From: Yuukianura sp. NJ FZ-2021
Lineage: Eukaryota
Length of the DNA: 64,000 nucleotides
Direction: 5' to 3'
Assembly (NCBI GenBank): GCA_046563655.1
Contig: CM102286.1
Location: forward strand, 2,976,001 to 3,040,000
Numbering within the stretch: position 1 is the stretch's first letter; each line of letters opens with the position of its first letter. Below the pieces are notes generated by a model. It was not told where the DNA came from, did no database searches, and saw nothing but the letters and a program-made list of their open reading frames with translations. Below are positions 12,193 through 25,365 of the stretch, piece by piece. The position numbers and the translations under genes were made by a program.

Positions 12193-15100
12193 ATGGGAAG
12201 GATGGTAGATGTGTTCCGAGAATTTAAAGAATCACTTTGTTTTTATTAAACTCCAAGCAAAGGAAGCTCATCTAACTAACTATTACAACCTCCCTAACTA
12301 ACTAACTGACTACATCATTAGGTTAACTTTGGTATGTACTAACTTAAGTACAATTTGAGTTGTCGACCATTAGATAATTCTTCTCATCACTACTAGGAAA
12401 AACTTTAAGACATAAGGAGAGAAAGTTTGTAATGGCAATATTTTATTCTCGTACTAAACAAATTAGGCCAATATTGAACAATTCCACTCCTTTTTTTGAA
12501 CTAAAGCTAAACAAGGTACTGCTCAAAATTCAATTTGCAAATAGATTAACAAAAACTTGGAAATTTTCAGATTTTGGGTATGATTAGGATTAGTGAGGTA
12601 CTTACTATTGAAGCGGCATTGTAATTGTTGGTATGAAAACGGCGGAAAGAGCATTTTGACGCCTTGCTATTGAAAAATACAATGGAACAAGGGCGACGAC
12701 AGAATCCTGTTGACATTTCCAGATGAAAGGAAGTTCTTTGAAGTTTTCTTGCAGAATTACAAATGCTACACGCCATGGCCACATAACACCCACCTCTCAT
12801 CTTTTGAACCAGGGTACTTAAGTGTAAATTCATGACATCTTTCTGGAGGGGTTGGTTTTAGTTCTACAAGTTTAACAAAGAAAATGAATTTGTTTAAGGG
12901 GTGAAGACAACCCTTGACTTAAACCTTTATTAAAATCCGTTCAAACGCCTCAACACCTCTCACAACAATGACATTCTTCTCTGTTGTTCACATTTTCAAG
13001 TTCAAGTACAACTAACTACTTCGCACAACGAGAAATTTGTCATCCAACTATCAAGAAATTCACCGCCGTAACCTTAACCTCAACCTAAATTTATATTTGT
13101 TCAATCTGTTTTTTTTTATTTTTTAAATCTAGGTAAACTGTTAATTTAATTCATTTTTTTGGCTCAGGATTTTTTATGTTTCTGTTTTTGGTCTAATTCT
13201 GAAGTTTGTAAAAGCGAATCTGAAAATGTAATAAATTTTGAAAATGTAGTAGCAGGTGGAGAGATATCATCTAAATGTTCATCGTGAAACTCAATTCCAA
13301 AATCCCATTGAGCTCAATTAGCTACATTTCTAAATCATGAAAATGGTCCATAATTCATCATTAGCTCCCCCATGTACAACCCAATGCAAACTATAAAACA
13401 AATTCATCCATACAATGATGCACTGGTTGCATTTGAGTTAATAATCATGAACATCATTGTGCGTGATTTCAAGATCTGAGATGATTGATCAGTGATGTTT
13501 GTTTGGTAAAGATCGCACATTGGCACACTAACATAAAACTAATTTTTTCAACATGTGTATTAAAATCTGCTCAATTTGGTTAATTCAAGCACAAAAAAAT
13601 ATAAATTAGGCAAATTCATGATTATCCTAATAAAATTGCTAACTGTAATACCGCTACACAAAAAAAAACGGAAGAAAGAGATGAACACCGAAAAATTTTG
13701 AGTCACCTCGTTTTTACCTGTAGAGACTGGATCGCTGCTACCAAAACTTTGCATGGCGTAACGTCCAGATTTTGCTGGGGGACAGTTGGGAGATTTACGG
13801 TACAACGGTTGTTACTGTAAGTTCAAAAGAACGTGGTAAATGATTAACTGAGACTTTTAAGGGCTTTGTATATTTACTAATTAAAGGCTCTCTGAATCCC
13901 ATTGTTCCCAAGGACTAATTCCAAGTCCCCTTCCATAGTAAGGGCTGTTGGAGAAGTACATGTAGAGGACACAGGATAAATCCGAGACACAAATCATATT
14001 AAATTGGGATACCTGACACCCACTCCAGGGACAAAACGAGTCCCTCGCTCCTCAAAATCAAGCCAAAAACGCCCGGGTTCCAAACCCGGGAGAGAATTTG
14101 TTCTTCTCTTTTGGAAAGGGAGCGGAGCAAGGCAGCTGCCTTGTATTCTACGAAAAACCGATTGAAATCTGATCTCACTTTTCGCACTCCTTTCTTTTCC
14201 AAAAATCTTTGGAACGAAGGAAGAGAGAATTACTGAAAAACCTCATTTTCAAGATACGAATGAAATGTTTAACTTAAGTCTATTTTCTTCAGAATTTCTT
14301 AAAACTTGAAAGTAGAACAGAACACCTCACTTCTTTTTTAAGTTCAAAACTTACAACTTTTTGGTGTAAAATTACACAATTTATTTAACTTCCCATGCTA
14401 TTCTGGCAGCAGTTATCTCAAAATGTGACACACTCAAAATAATGTTTTTACAACATTTTTTATTATTTCTTCAATTTTTTTCATATCTTCTCCTCAAACT
14501 CGTTTTCGTAATGGTCGATTTTTTTTTGTTTTTCTTTTTTGCATGGAAATTTGAAAAACGAAAAACCGTTGAGCAGCAGCGGTAGTTTATGAATTTTGGT
14601 TGGTCTGCCTAAACGTAACAATGGGGATTATGATGTGGGTGATTGTCGTTCATTGCATAGTTTGTACAATAGGAAGTGGAAAAGAACATCTTTTTGGACA
14701 ATTGACACAAAGGGCAGGGGGCCCTTGGGTGACAATGAACTTGTCTCCCTTTAAGACCCTTGTTGACATTTCCTCTTCAATGGGCCCTTAGCACAGGATT
14801 AACATTTCAAAGTGTGAACAAACTGTTCAATGAAGGACTACAATACGTGTAATCTAAATTTCCATCTTGCTTAGAAAATTGAAAAAAAAATATACTTTTT
14901 TCAAACTAGTTTTTAATATTCAAAAACGCTTTAACTTTTCATATATAAAAATGTATCAACTAACATTTTAGCAAGGTTTTATTGTTGATGTTGAATAATA
15001 CTTTCACCGTACTTTCTCTTACCTTAATGCAAATACTTTTGCAAAAATCCCGCTCGGGTGCCCATTTATGAAAAAAATTGAATTTTCACACACTTGGATT

Positions 15101-15684
15101 GTGTCAATTTTTTCAAAAAGAAAGTTTCGTTTTTTTAGATTAAAAAATTTGGATGAGAATGAAAGAGAAATTTGATGCTGGTTGAAAAGTCCTTTGAAGA
15201 TGAAGTAGGTGTAGGGAAGATGGGGAGCCCTTGGCAACGAACTTGATTCCTCCCGAATTTTCATTTTCTCCAACCAAAACCCGCCTTAAAGCTCCGCCCT
15301 CCTTTACGCCCCGCCAATTTCAAATCCAAGCGTCCCTTTCCCCAGCTTCTGGTTGAATCCAAAGTCTAAATGGCACAGAAGACGCAAGTGTCACCTCCCT
15401 ATGTCTTTGGACTTCCGAATTTGATCTGGAACTACGAATTTGAAGCGCTCATTACTCTTCCAAGTCGGATCCGGTCAACAAGTGGGTGTTTAGTTACTTT
15501 ACTCAAAACTAGAACACAAAAAAAGTTGATTCAAAATTGAAAAGTTTAGGAGAAAGCAAAAGGGAAAGTCCAATTTTAAAAAAAAACTGAATTTCAATCC
15601 CGGATTTTTTTAAATTGATTTGAACCACTTTTCAATCAAAGTGTCAGCTTTTGCAAATTAAAAAAAAACTGTTGCCTAGTAACA

Positions 15685-18600
15685 ATGGACGGATCTTCTC
15701 CGGAAGCTTTGTCGTCAGGAGAAAGTACAAGTTCTGAACACATTTCTGGCAGCAGAACGAATCGACTCGTTTCACCCGTTCCGCAGATTAGAGTAGGCTA
15801 CGACCACTTGGGACATGGACATGGCCATGTCCAGAACCACGTTTCGTCACCCCCGATCCACCCTTTGACCTCACGTTATGTCAATGCTCTGTCTGCTCTG
15901 GACTATGACACTTCACCCTACAATTGCACACTCCAACTTCAAAATTTACCTCCAATTAAGTACGAGCAAAATGCACATAGAAGTGGCTTTCAAAGAGCAG
16001 AAGTTGGACCTACTGTGCTGAAGAGGTTGGACAACTTTGACGATGCTAACCAACGACTCCCCATTCGTGACGGTAAAAGTTCGCTTTCTCTTGCGCAGGT
16101 AAGATCTCATAAATTGAAGTATATAAAATTAATAATCATTGATTATGAAATAATTACTACCGTAATTACCGAGATATCTCCAGATTTAAACTTGTTAGCT
16201 AAGAGTGCATGAACTAAATCAAAACTAAGAACAAATATCTCCCGGCGTGACTACTTTCTCTTCAGTAAAAAACTAAAAACTGCATTTCAAAATAATTTTG
16301 AAAAGTGGAAGTTGCGCGTGACCTCACGTTGCTTTGAAACCAATTTCAAGCGTTGCTAACATTAGTTAGTGACGTCATATTGTGACAATACGTGCTTGAG
16401 TTGCTTTAAAGTTTAGTTTCAGAAGAATGTAGAGGTCAAAGGTGATGGAATAGGCGTGAGAAGTAAACTTTTGAGAAGCAGTTATTGAGTCTAGTCTTCC
16501 AGACACATTATGATCTGGATAAGACTTGTCATTGTCAGACAGTTCATCGCCCAAACAACGATTAAAGAGTTGAGCAACCCCGATGCATTTAACTTAAATG
16601 TCAGTTCCATTATCATGGATTCAAATGGGGACACGGACACCTTAGTCATAGCATCCTGAAAATAAGTTACAAATTTTAATGCTATTTAATGCTAATGTTA
16701 ACTAAAGTTCCTCTTAACTACAAATTAACTGACGAGGATAACAAAAATTGGTTTGAAAGCATAAAAGGCAGGTGCAAATGATTTTTTGCAATGAAATTTT
16801 GGCGTTCTGCCAAACGATGTTTTGAATGTTTTGGCAACTAAAGTCTGCGTCACGATTAAAAAATTCCAATAAAATTTTGTTAATCGATTAACCCAGATCA
16901 AGTTGCGTTCATATTTCTGTTCCTTATCGTCACTATATGTGTGTTATGATGACGTAACTTGTGAACCTAAGTTTCTTAGAATTTACATTGAATTCAAAAA
17001 TTTAAATTTTGCAACTAAATTTTAACAAGAATTTTTATTGTTGATTTTTAGATTGAGTGCGTGTGTGAGGCAATGCTTCAAAGAAAAGATATAAAACGAC
17101 TTGATGAATTTTTGAAACCAATTTTGCCGCAACTTCAAACTCCATCTGAACCTGTCTACAGAGCTAGAATTCACGTTTTATTTCATGGCCAACACTTCAT
17201 AGAAATGTACAAAGTTATGGAATCTTTTAATTACTCTTCCAGGTAAGATAATTTTTCAAAAATTTTGAAAAAAAAATTTCATTTTCGTTTTTGATTTTTT
17301 GGACTGCATTAGATATCATTCCGAACTACAAAATCTGTGGTACCAAGCCCATTACAAGGAACAAGAAAATATTCGCGGAAGACCGTTAGGCGCAGTTGAC
17401 AAATACCGAATTCGGAATAAATATAATTTGCCAAGATCAATTTGGGATGGAGAGAAAACGACGTACTGTTTTAAAGATCGTGCAAGAGAGGCACTCAAAG
17501 ACTGTTTTGAAAGATGCAAATATCCAACACCGAGTGAGAAAAAAGCACTTTCGGAAATTACTGGATTGACCTCTGTCCAAGTCAGCAACTGGTTCAAAAA
17601 TAAGCGCCAAAGAGAGCGGACGCCACAGCAAAGGTACAGTTTTTTAAATTTTGAAGAAAAAAAAAGTTACTCAAATTAAAGTTTCACAAAAGTTTCAAAG
17701 TTTTCATAAAGTTGTAGTTAAAAATTAAAAAAAAATTGGAGGATAGACATTTTTTTTTTCTGGAACTTTTGTTGACCTTTTGAAAAGCTTTACCACATTT
17801 CACTTTTTTGGAAATGATCGTCGTGGTTAGAAGACGGTGGTCGTCAATTTTGAAGATGACTTATGAGCTGACCATATTTTCACCATGTTCACTTTCCATC
17901 GAGCCGACTTTGGTGTTCTAGTTAGAAGAGGGCCCTTGAAGGGTCCCTTACACTAGTTGTTAAATCACAGTCCAAAGATACAGTTACAAGAAGCCGAAAG
18001 AGGTGATTTTCTTGGGAGTGAGCAACTAACATGAAAAGTGCAACTACTGCGGCACGTCTACGCCGTTTTCTATAAATCCCAAGGGCCCCGACATCGCTGT
18101 TTTCAGTGTACAGGGGGCCCTTAAGGCGACACTGGTACCCTTTGGACTTAACATCTGCATCCCATATAGTTTTCGTGGGTTAAGGGATGAGACAACGATG
18201 TGAGAATGATTAATGGGCCTTCACATCCCGTCCCTTCTCCCTTGATTACCTATTAAGACACTTACGCCCACAAAATAAGTTCGGAGTCTCTGGTTATTCA
18301 ATTCACTTTCTCGGAAATTTTCAAAAAAAAGCAAAACAAAATTTTTGAAGAATTTACATCAATTTTTTATAAGTTTTTGTTTTAAATTTTACAGAGAAGG
18401 AAGTGAATTGGACATTGGCGGTTCCTTTGGATTGCAGCAGTCATGTGGACAAGGAAAAGGAGGAGACGATTCCAGCAATGACCTCAAACCTCTGGTCACT
18501 TTCCGGTCACACAAAAAAATTAAAATGCCCAAGGCGTTCTGCGCAGGTCCTGCAGGATTGAATATGCTTGACCTTGGATTTCCCCTGCCCCTGACCCGTA

Positions 18601-18923
18601 AAGACTCAACAGTGAGTTCCAATAGTTCAATTTACCCCGTTCTACCAAATGTCGCCATCACATCCAAGGCCAGTCACATTCCAGCCAACCACAATCTGTC
18701 TGAAGGTCAAGGTCAAGCGTCAATTTCACACTCCGGGGGAACCGGAGGATCAAGCAATTCAATCAGCGTTATCCAGTCACTGTCTGGAAGTCAGTTTTAT
18801 TCACAATCAGCGCAGACGCATTACGAATCGCTGCTGCATCATCAGTCGTCGTCTGGACATCATCCATATTCATCACACCATCCTTCTACAGCCACTTCTC
18901 CTCATATTTTATCTTATGGTTAA
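15685..18923 (+). CDS. SIX-family homeobox transcription factor, divergent Six4/5-like
   Basis: Exons 15685-16098, 17052-17242, 17313-17633, 18395-18923. SIX domain (LWYQAHY...[14 protein letters not shown]) and homeodomain [11 protein letters not shown]...YPTPSEK...[19 protein letters not shown]. Confidence 0.9.
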
Positions 18924-19561
18924 AAAGTTATCTTTACTTAACAACTTTTTTTAATGTAAAATCTACAACTTCGTCACAACTTATTTGAAATTGACTTATG
19001 GAATAACCTTTTAGTTTCCATTGAATGAACTTAACTTGTTTTATTGGTTAGTGTTTTGTCCAGACCACAATAAAAACTTGTTTATGGACTTTTGATCAAT
19101 CAATTTTTCATGGAAAACTTTATAGGAAAATAGCTTTTGAGTCTTCCTGACCTTCGCTTGTCATTTTCTACAGGAAGACTTTCATTAACAAAACTGTGAC
19201 TATTGTACATGATTGCGTACATTAGTCGAAGCATTTTTATGGTTTTTGGTAAAACGGTAATAGAAAAAAATAGAATTTTAAACACTTTTGTTATGTAAAT
19301 GACAGGTTTACCTCAAATAATCTTTTAAACAACGTTTGACTTTTGATTCAACAGAAGAAGACGACTCACAAAACAAGTTTTTTGAATTGATAAAGTCTAA
19401 AAATCAAATAACAAATTTCAGGCCTATTTCTAAGAAACTCAAGTCAACAATAGTTTTTGGAAATTTATAAAAGGAACCAATTCCAGGGAGGAGTCTTCAG
19501 TCTAGCCAGAACCACCGACTTTTTTTTCCTGATTGGTCGATTCTCCTGTTCAACAGCAGAA

Positions 19562-20740
19562 ATGGCAACTACTGCTGCTGCTGCTTTCAAATCACCAATT
19601 GCAACTCGAAAATTTGCAGAATTGTACGAATCTAAAAGTCAAACGGATGTTTTGGACAAAGAAACGGATCAACTGTTGGTTCCACTTTTGAAAGAACTCA
19701 AGTACAAATTTCGTGAAAACATCATGGACCATGGATGTGGAACTGGAAGAATTGGACTCAAATATTTTGCACCAGTAGCTGAACAAACGGCATCCAGAAT
19801 TTACGCTGTTGATCATTCAGATGACATGATTGAATACGCTAAAGAACACTATGTTCATCCAAACGTTTCTTACTGGAAAACGGATTTGCTTGATCCCGAT
19901 TTCCCGCTTGGTCACATCCGATTTCACAAGATCTTCTCCATTCATGTCTTTTGCGTTATTGAAAAGTGGCGGTAAGTTTAAAAATGTTAAACAAAACAAT
20001 TTAAAACTAAATTTCAACCATTAATTTTAATTCGTTTTTGTTTGTTCACACAGTGAAACGCTTCAAAAAATGTACGACCTTCTGAGACCCGGTGGAACTC
20101 TGATTGCAATGACAGTTGTGCAGTCCTCGGATTTTTTTCAAGTTCTGGATTACATGAAGAAACATTCAAAATGGGCTTCTACAATTGGACATGTAAGTCA
20201 AAATTAAAATTCTTGGTTACCTAATTTTTTGTTTTCAAAAAATCAAAGTTTGTCCTTACAAATTTTTTAGGCAATTTCAATACCGGAGTGGATTGTTCAT
20301 CTTAAAGATCCAGAAGAAATAGTGGAATTGGCTTTGAAAGAACTTGGATTCAAAGTGAATCACATCTTCACGCATACTCGAACGCACACTTTTAATTCCA
20401 TTGAGGAATGCATTGGTATGAAACTCGTTTTCACTAACAATTCTAAAGCTAATTGTAAGCAATTCAATTTTCGCTTTTTGAGCTCAAACCAAGTTTCTGC
20501 GTAAAAATTTCTTCAATTTTGAGCATAACTGGTTCTTTTTTTGCAGAACTTTACATGGCAGCATATCCAGGTCCTCATGAAAAGCACTTGAGAGACAACG
20601 ATCACAAGTTGGAGTTACACACTGACCTGCGCAATCACGCCATGGAGCTTCGAAAGGACTGTAAACACAACAAAGGCAAGGAAACCCACCAAGTTTTCTA
20701 CGAAACACTCATCTTTTCTGCAGAAAAGCCCCGAGAGTAA
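19562..20740 (+). CDS. Class I SAM-dependent methyltransferase (JHAMT-like family)
   Basis: Exons 19562-19971, 20054-20192, 20271-20415, 20547-20740. Motifs IMDHGCGTG, IYAVDHSDDMIEYA, FHKIFS, MYDLLRPGG. Confidence 0.85.
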
Positions 20741-21351
20741 ACTATGGCTGCATTTCATAGCAATGTATACTTCAAAAATTCCTGATTGCTTGCAATTACT
20801 TCAAAACAGAAGAAAACTGATTAATTTAGATCAAACTTACTTTAGATTAGACGGATTAAGCATTTAGTCTAAGTTTAACCTACTTAAACTGCAATGTAAA
20901 AAAAATAACCCCAATTTATTCTGAAATAAATGCCAAACCATGTGGAACCTTTGCATTATACCCAGTTTTACATAATTTCAATAGAATTGGGTTTGTTGCT
21001 GCTTTCAAATTTTCGTTCCCAATTTATATGGAAATGTCAAGTGTTGCATTCACATATTACGCCCACAGTCATACGCAAGGTCAAAGGTTTAAACAAGTAT
21101 AGATGTTGACATCATTCCGTTATTAGGGGAATCTAATCAACAAAACTTGAAGGATGATGTCATAGGTTATTTCAGCAAGCAAAGCACGACAATCCACATA
21201 TTCCTGTAAATGGAACAAAAATATTAAAGAGAAGGTTCAAGTAACACAAGTGTAGTTCCGTTCTGTGAGTAGGCGATAGTACTTTTGAATCCACTTTCAC
21301 AAGGGACAAAGCGAAAAAATCAAAATTCTAATCAAGACTAAAAAAGTCAAA

Positions 21352-22084
21352 ATGACAAAGTTTTTGGAAGGAATCATTTTGGTGCTTTCTGTGATTGCGC
21401 TTTTCAACGCTGCTGTAAAGTGTTACAATGCTGAACCAATTCTGGACGAAATTCATGGTTACCACTTTCATACGTACTTTTTCCAAACGAATCCAGACAG
21501 CACTGATGAAGCAATCGCCTTCAGGTATTTTAGAAATTTTCAAAATTTCAAAAATGGGAACAATTTTTTTTACATTTCATGTGTATTTGTTAGGGAGCAA
21601 ATCCAGTTACGCATTGACGAAGGCGTTCTGGCAGGATGTCGCCTCAACACATTAAATATGGTCCCGCGAGGTGAAACTTTCAAATCAATTTTCAAATTTT
21701 CGTGAAACTTTAGATACTGTTTAACAAGAGTTATAATTGATTTTAAAAAACTTAAACCTCTGATTTTGTATTATTATAGGTCCGCATCCAATTGGAAGTT
21801 ATGAAACTTGTTGCAACAAAACAGCCATGTCTCCAGCCATTTCCTGGTTTATGCAAAACCGCGGGAATTTGTCCATTCTTCTACATCCACTAACGCGGTG
21901 GGAAGTGGAAGATCACACTACTCGGGCCATGTTCCTTGGACAGTCCTTCAAGCTTGACATTTCTGCTCTAAGGGTTGACCTCGGCGATGATGTTGACATG
22001 TGTGAACCTTTGCCAGAGAGTTCAACATTTCATACGTCTGATGAATCACAACATCATCAGGATACGAACAACATCATAAACTGA
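21352..22084 (+). CDS. DOPA 4,5-dioxygenase family protein (fungal/bacterial type) with N-terminal signal peptide
   Basis: Exons 21352-21524, 21594-21670, 21780-22084 join in frame. Motifs YHFHTYF, GPHPIGSYE, WFMQNRGNLSILLHPLT, EDHTTRAMFLG. Confidence 0.85.
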
Positions 22085-22603
22085 CTCATCATGGTGCAAA
22101 TAGTCACATACTTAATTGTTATGATATTCATAGTTAATTTCAACCAATAACAAGTTCTGGCAGCTAGATATTGAAAGCCTTTTCTTGAAGAAAGGCGGCC
22201 TACTTTGAATTCGATCTCTGTCAACAAAACAATTAGTTCAATACCACAAATCCGCCTAAAACCTAACTTTATGTCTACTGAAATAGTGATGTCAAGTTAA
22301 TATTTCGTGGCAAGGTGAGTCAATTGACAAAAGATTAATGTTCACCTCAATAAGGAAGCGTCTCGCCACAACTAGCTATGATTACATAATTCTGTTCACC
22401 GCCTAACCTCTAATGAAAATCGATTCAAAATAATTTTGTGGTTTCAAAAAACCTGAGATTACTGCATAATCGACAAATTTTAGTTAATTTTCTTCAACCA
22501 CAAAATGATTACCGGCCTACTACAAATAGTCGATGGAAAAACTAGTACGGACAACAGCATCCTCAACCATCAAAATTATTTTGATAAAAAAAATCTCAAA
22601 AAT

Positions 22604-23402
22604 ATGAATCGCTTCACGTTCGTTTTGGCCTTCATCTGCCTCTGCGTCGCAAACGTAAGCACTTACTTGAAAATTATGCAGTTTTTAACTGTTTTTGTCA
22701 ACTTTTTAAATCAAAACTGCAATTCTACTGGTAATATGAAATTGTTTAGGCAAATGGCAGAGCCCTTCAAAAGAGGGGGTTCACTTCCTTTCTTGGTGAG
22801 TTGTGCACTACTCAAGCGTCGTTTTACTCATTTTTAATATTTAGTGATCCTGAGTAATAATATTTGTTAATGCAATTTGTTAAACAGTGAATCCCTTTGC
22901 TGCTGCGTGGGACACCGTGGCACCGGAAAAGTCCAAGCAAACGTGCAGAGCTCTCGGATGGGTAGACAAGTACCCGCAGAAACCAAAGGAGAACGGAGTT
23001 CTGGACTACGTTAGTAAGTCAAAATTTATGAAAATATTAAAACGCTTGGTTTTGTATAACATTTTAGTATTTTCCAATCAACTTATTGTCGAAAATAAAT
23101 GTTTTAATTTCAATTGTATTTTCACATTCCAGTTCCTGACGCTTTGGCAAATGTTTGGGGCGGTGCACATGGAGCCTTGTTTCCGGAAGGAATGCAAGAG
23201 GAGTTTTGTACCTACAACGACATGGTCAGGCCTGGTCAACAAGTACAACCGCAACAACAACCTCAGCAACAGCTTAACGTGGGTGGTTACAATCCGGCAG
23301 CAACCACAACAACAGGTTACACGAACCTCCACCACCATCTACTGTGGCAGGAATTATCCTCCAGATTCACGCTGCCCCCCGCCGTATAATAAGCCACAGT
23401 AG
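22604..23402 (+). CDS. Secreted Gln-rich precursor protein, copy 1 (apparent +1 frameshift in last exon)
   Basis: Exons 22604-22654, 22750-22795, 22888-23013, 23133-end: MNRFTFVLAFICLCVANANGRALQKR-GFTSFLVNPFAAAW... The paralogue-like tail TTIYCGRNYPPDSRCPP lies in a shifted frame after about 23297. Confidence 0.75.
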
Positions 23403-24252
23403 CCAGCATTTATTGTCCTGGATAATAATGCTTTTGCTTTCACTTGAAATAAAATCGGCTCATCTATAAAAAATGGAGCAAAACTAATTGTGCAATTCAC
23501 TCTGCAAACAGTGTAAATACTTTGAATGTGTGTATTTTCATTGTCTTTTGTTTTTCGTGACACTTGAACATTGTAACAATTTGCTGGCAACTCTTGTATC
23601 CGGTGTGCCCACGAAATGTAACCACGGCTCTTTGTATTTTTGTGTCCACTGAGAGTATGTAGTGGGTTGTTACAATCTGGACATTTTTTAATTTTGTTAC
23701 CACAGGGTTGTAACTACTGGGTGGTTAAAGAAAGCTGGGTGGCAGTTACACTGTGTGGGTACAAGGGATTGAGGTTCAGTTCACTCACACAAATAGGACA
23801 AAGTCATCAAAGTTTTCATGTGAATTCCAACATTAGATTTGTTACACAAAGTGTGTTGGTAGTCCTCAAGTTTTGACACGTCGCATTATTGAATTCGAGA
23901 CAAGTCGATCTTGTCAAGTCGCCTAAAGTCTAGCCTTATGCCTACTGAAATAGTGATGTCAAGTTATTTCCTGGCAGGGTGAGTTAATTGACAAATTAAG
24001 ATTAAGTGTCCCCACAATTAGCTATGATTACATAATTATGTTCACCACCGCCTAACGTCTTATGCAAATAGAGTTCAAAATAATTTTGTGGATTCAAAAA
24101 TCTTGAGATTACTGCATAGTTACAGATTTTAGTTAATTTTCTTCAACCACAAAATGATTACCGGCTTACTACAAATAGTCGATGGAAAAACTAGTACGGA
24201 CAACAGCAGCCTCAACCATCAAAATTATTTTCATAAAAAAAATCTCAAAAAT

Positions 24253-25365
24253 ATGAATCGCTTCACGGTCCTTTTGGCTTTCATTTGCCTGTTCGTCGCA
24301 AACGTAAGCACTTACTTGAAAATTATGCAGTTTTTAACTGCTTTTGTCAATTTTTTAAATCAAAACTGGAATTCTACTGGCAATATGAAATTATTTAGGT
24401 AAATGGCAGAGCCGTTCAGAAGAGGGGGTTGGCATCCTATCTTGGTGAGTTTTGTGCACTGCTCAAGCGTCGTTTTGCTCATTTTTAATATTCATTGATC
24501 CTGTAATATTTGTTAATGCTAAACAGCGAGTAAGGAGAACGCAGTGCTGGACAACTCTAGTAAGTCAAAAGTTATGAAAATATTAAAACGCTTCGTTTTG
24601 TATAATATTTTACTATTTTCCATTCAACTCATTGTCGAAAATAAATGTTTTAATTTCAACTGTATTTTCACATTCCAGTTCCTGACGCTTTGGCAATGGT
24701 AAATGTTAGAGCTCTTCAAAAGAGGGGTTTGACATCGTTTATTGGTGAGTTAAACTTATAACTCCAGTTTTGTTTTTACTCAATTAAACAAAAATATTTT
24801 GAAATATTTTACATATTTATTTTCAAATTTGTGTGTTTGTTAATGCTTACCAGTGAATCCCTTTGCTGCTGCATGGGACGCCGTGGCACCCGAAAAATCC
24901 AAGCAAACGTGCAGAGCTCTCGGATGGGTAGACAAGTACCCGCAGAAACCAAAGGAGAACGGAGTTCTGGACTACGTTAGTAAGTCAGAATTTATGAAAA
25001 TATTAAAAAGCCACGCTTAGTTTTGTCCTACTTTATGTTTTTTCTACTAAACTGACGCTAAAGGTTTTTAATTTCAACTGCATTTTCACATTCCAGTTCC
25101 TGACGCTTTGGCAAATGTTTGGGGCGGTGCTCATGGAGCCTTGTTTCCGGAAGGAATGCAAGAAGAGTTTTGTACTTACAACGACATGGTCAGGCCTGGT
25201 CAACAAGTACTGCCGCAACAACAACAACCTCAGCAACAGTTTAACGTGGGTGGCTACTATCCACAACAACAACAACAACCAGGACAGGTTACAACCACCA
25301 CCACCACCATCTACTGTGGCGCTAATTATCCTCCAGATCCACGCTGCCCACCGCGACAAGGCTAA
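24253..25365 (+). CDS. Secreted Gln-rich precursor protein, copy 2 (two extra chimeric exons)
   Basis: Exons 24253-24303, 24399-24444, 24527-24559, 24679-24744, 24854-24979, 25097-25365 all join in frame via GT-AG; ends TTTTTTIYCGANYPPDPRCPPRQG*. Confidence 0.75.

Noticed and set aside
23590..23880. GT-rich segment present after secreted copy 1 but not copy 2
   Set aside because: Possibly a repeat fragment, but no TIR, TSD or ORF could be defined.
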